Shown here in pieces: positions 57,008 through 58,804 of a stretch of DNA of 58,804 bases (position 1 is its first letter; each line of letters begins with the position of its first letter). Made by a program: the position numbers and the translations under genes. This stretch comes from a virus (Duplodnaviria; Caudoviricetes), in IMG/VR virus record IMGVR_UViG_3300046777_001311, positions 1-58,804 of that record, one strand, 5' to 3'. A model generated the notes under the pieces. The model did not search any database, had not been told where the DNA came from, and saw nothing but the letters and a program-made list of their open reading frames with translations.

Positions 57008-57964
57008 TTACTTTGAGTACTTCTCAATAATTGATTGTAATTCAGCATCTTGAGACACCTTCTCAATCAAATTAAAGATCTCCTCATCTTCTGATGAACC
57101 TTCAATCTTGCAAATTGACTTTGGCTTACCACCTGTCTTAATCTTCCAATCTGCACCATCGCTGTAGATTTTAGTTTCATCAATTAATGACGATATTTTA
57201 TTCTTCAAGCTTGTAGTTTCAACAACTCTTTCAACTGTAGGAGCCTCTGTGAATTTAGGCTTTTCTACAGGAGCTAAATTTGATTTTAATTCTACATACT
57301 TAGCATAAGCTCTTTGAGATGATGAAATGTTGTCAAATAGACGTATACGGTCTACCTTCTCTTCATTTCTAACATCTAATCCAAGCTTTGGCATAATGTG
57401 CTTAACAACCTCGTATGATACACGAGTTCCTTCAATAAGAATCTCATCTTCAATCTTACGGCGGCTTGCGATATTATCCCATTTAGAAATAACCTCTACT
57501 TCTGGAATTACAAACGAAAAATCTGCATTATCTCTTTTGTAAGAGCAATCGTTGTTTGAAAACTCAGGACAGTAAAACCACAAAAATATAAGTAGTTCTA
57601 AATCTGTTTTTGGAGCAAGTTTAGTATTGTGAGCTAACTTCAAATTTAAATTATTAAATCTGAAATCACCACCTGAAAAAGTAGGTGCTGTCTTTGAATA
57701 AACAACCTCAACTTTAAATCCATCCTCTACATCATATCCAATAGACTTAATACCTTTTGGAACTGGTGGGATAGATCTCATTCCAACTCTAGCGTCTCCG
57801 CCTGGTTTAAATAAATCCACATTACGCATTCTATGTTTAGCATAATTAAACATAATTGGTAGTGGATTTTCTTTCCTAAAAAATGATGGGAATTTGTGTT
57901 TTAGGATTTCTACATGACCTTGTAGATCCTCTTTTGTTAACCTTTTGCCTTCTCTGTATAACAT
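57008..57964 (-). CDS. Hypothetical protein downstream of MCP (possible capsid cargo protein)
   Basis: 318 aa; function inferred from position only. Confidence 0.55.
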   Translation of the reverse strand: MLYREGKRLTKEDLQGHVEILKHKFPSFFRKENPLPIMFNYAKHRMRNVDLFKPGGDARVGMRSIPPVPKGIKSIGYDVEDGFKVEVVYSKTAPTFSGGDFRFNNLNLKLAHNTKLAPKTDLELLIFLWFYCPEFSNNDCSYKRDNADFSFVIPEVEVISKWDNIASRRKIEDEILIEGTRVSYEVVKHIMPKLGLDVRNEEKVDRIRLFDNISSSQRAYAKYVELKSNLAPVEKPKFTEAPTVERVVETTSLKNKISSLIDETKIYSDGADWKIKTGGKPKSICKIEGSSEDEEIFNLIEKVSQDAELQSIIEKYSK

Positions 57965-57978
57965 TGTTTTATAATTTT

Positions 57979-58016
57979 AAAAATTAAAGGGTGGAGGCTC
58001 ATCACCTCCAACCCTT
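57979..58016 (-). terminator. Intrinsic terminator after MCP
   Basis: AAGGGTGGAGG/CCTCCAACCCTT hairpin with a T-rich tail on the minus strand. Confidence 0.7.
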
Positions 58017-58035
58017 ATATTATAGTGATGTAGGA

Positions 58036-58804
58036 TTATACATACATCAAACCACACTGCTCAATCTTGAACCAGTCGAAACCGAATTGAGTCAACATGT
58101 AAACTACATAGTTGTCATTTGGTCCCAAGCGACGTGGAGAAGCAGCTCCATCATCCCATACTTTCATGAAACGATCTTCACCGTCCATTGATTTGTATGC
58201 AAGTTCTACGCAGTTACGCATTACACCTTGAGCGTCAGCAGACTTCTCAGCAGGAATGAAGAATCCGTAGTCAGCAAACTTAGCGTTTGATACAGCTCCG
58301 AACATTACTGGGTCATAAGACAAGTCGAATGACTTTAAGTGTAAGTTCTTACCGTTCAAAGTAATAGTGCTGAATGCGAATGTAGACATCATTGTTTCGA
58401 AATCAGTGTTGTTTCCGAAGATAACTTTAGCACCCTCTTGACGAGTAGACGCGATGTTTACGTTGTTAGTGTAGCTCAACAACTCTTGTTCAGCAGCTAC
58501 ATATAGGTCTTTTGATAACAATCCCATAAGGTCTGTTCCAACCCAGTTAGCTTTCAAACCATTTACAAGGTTGTAGAAATCATCAACCAAAGTTGCAGCA
58601 GTCCAAGCTTCTTGAACAGCGCGATCTTTGAATGTTTCAACCATACCCTTAGTAGTACTTGGCTGACCTGAAGCAGTTGTAGTGTCTCCGTAAACCATAG
58701 CACCAACTAATCCCAACAAGTGACGATATTCGTGTTGAGCAAACAAGTGTGTGTGGAATCCTTTTAAAGACTTTCCATCATCCATCATTACAGGATACAA
58801 CTTG
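58036..58804 (-). CDS. Major capsid protein, C-terminal part (5' end outside the window)
   Basis: TTKGMV, FAFSTITLNG, C-terminal VYMLTQFGF HK97-like ending; codon choice typical of a highly expressed gene; followed by a terminator. Confidence 0.7.
   Translation of the reverse strand, partial: KLYPVMMDDGKSLKGFHTHLFAQHEYRHLLGLVGAMVYGDTTTASGQPSTTKGMVETFKDRAVQEAWTAATLVDDFYNLVNGLKANWVGTDLMGLLSKDLYVAAEQELLSYTNNVNIASTRQEGAKVIFGNNTDFETMMSTFAFSTITLNGKNLHLKSFDLSYDPVMFGAVSNAKFADYGFFIPAEKSADAQGVMRNCVELAYKSMDGEDRFMKVWDDGAASPRRLGPNDNYVVYMLTQFGFDWFKIEQCGLMYV

Noticed and set aside
170-58191. Numerous short antisense or alternate-frame ORFs inside long genes (e.g. 170-379, 1364-1705, 30725-31087, 55528-55842)
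   Set aside because: Shadow ORFs of real genes with no independent start signals or motifs
1-58804. Stop-codon reassignment as seen in some crAss-like phages
   Set aside because: Standard code gives dense, uninterrupted ORFs up to 2718 aa; TAA, TAG and TGA are all used as stops
1-58804. tRNA genes, CRISPR array, group I/II introns, inteins, DGR reverse transcriptase
   Set aside because: No cloverleaf, regular repeat-spacer pattern, split core gene or RT motif seen by eye; a tRNAscan/Infernal run would be needed to exclude degenerate cases

Overview
The window is most of a roughly 60-kb, AT-rich podovirus genome that probably infects a Bacteroidota (Flavobacteria/Cytophaga-like) host. The host call rests on TAnnTTTG promoters and a DUF3127-type SSB. 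The genome is circularly permuted inside the head module: the MCP C-terminus is at the right edge, and the portal plus the start of the next gene are at the left edge. The virion module resembles the crAss-like/flavobacterial podovirus type: portal, TerL, ring and muzzle proteins, and large ejection proteins including a 2718-aa polyvalent protein. I see no RNA polymerase, DNA polymerase, integrase or ParA/ParB. Replication genes are a lambda-O-style initiator with internal iterons, a T7gp4/Twinkle-type primase-helicase, a stand-alone DnaA domain-IV protein, an SSB, RecE/RecT and RusA. The most striking signals are non-coding. (1) Four intergenic, near-perfect bacterial parS sites (13437-15145) lie at the probable genome end/early region with no phage ParB in view. 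(2) A genome-wide, strand-polarised GC-rich motif (GGCGGCT/AGCCGCC) flips orientation at about 13.5 kb and about 7 kb, like a Chi site. (3) DnaA-box-like, Fur-box-like and IHF-like sites cluster in the same region. Together these suggest a phage that mimics host chromosome cis-elements (inference). Also notable are a kissing-loop leader before the initiator gene, a 50-aa peptide ending like the RNR redox tail, ferritin wedged between ejection genes, and candidate U-rich sRNAs. All motif counts are by eye and all family calls come from motif recognition, not database searches.
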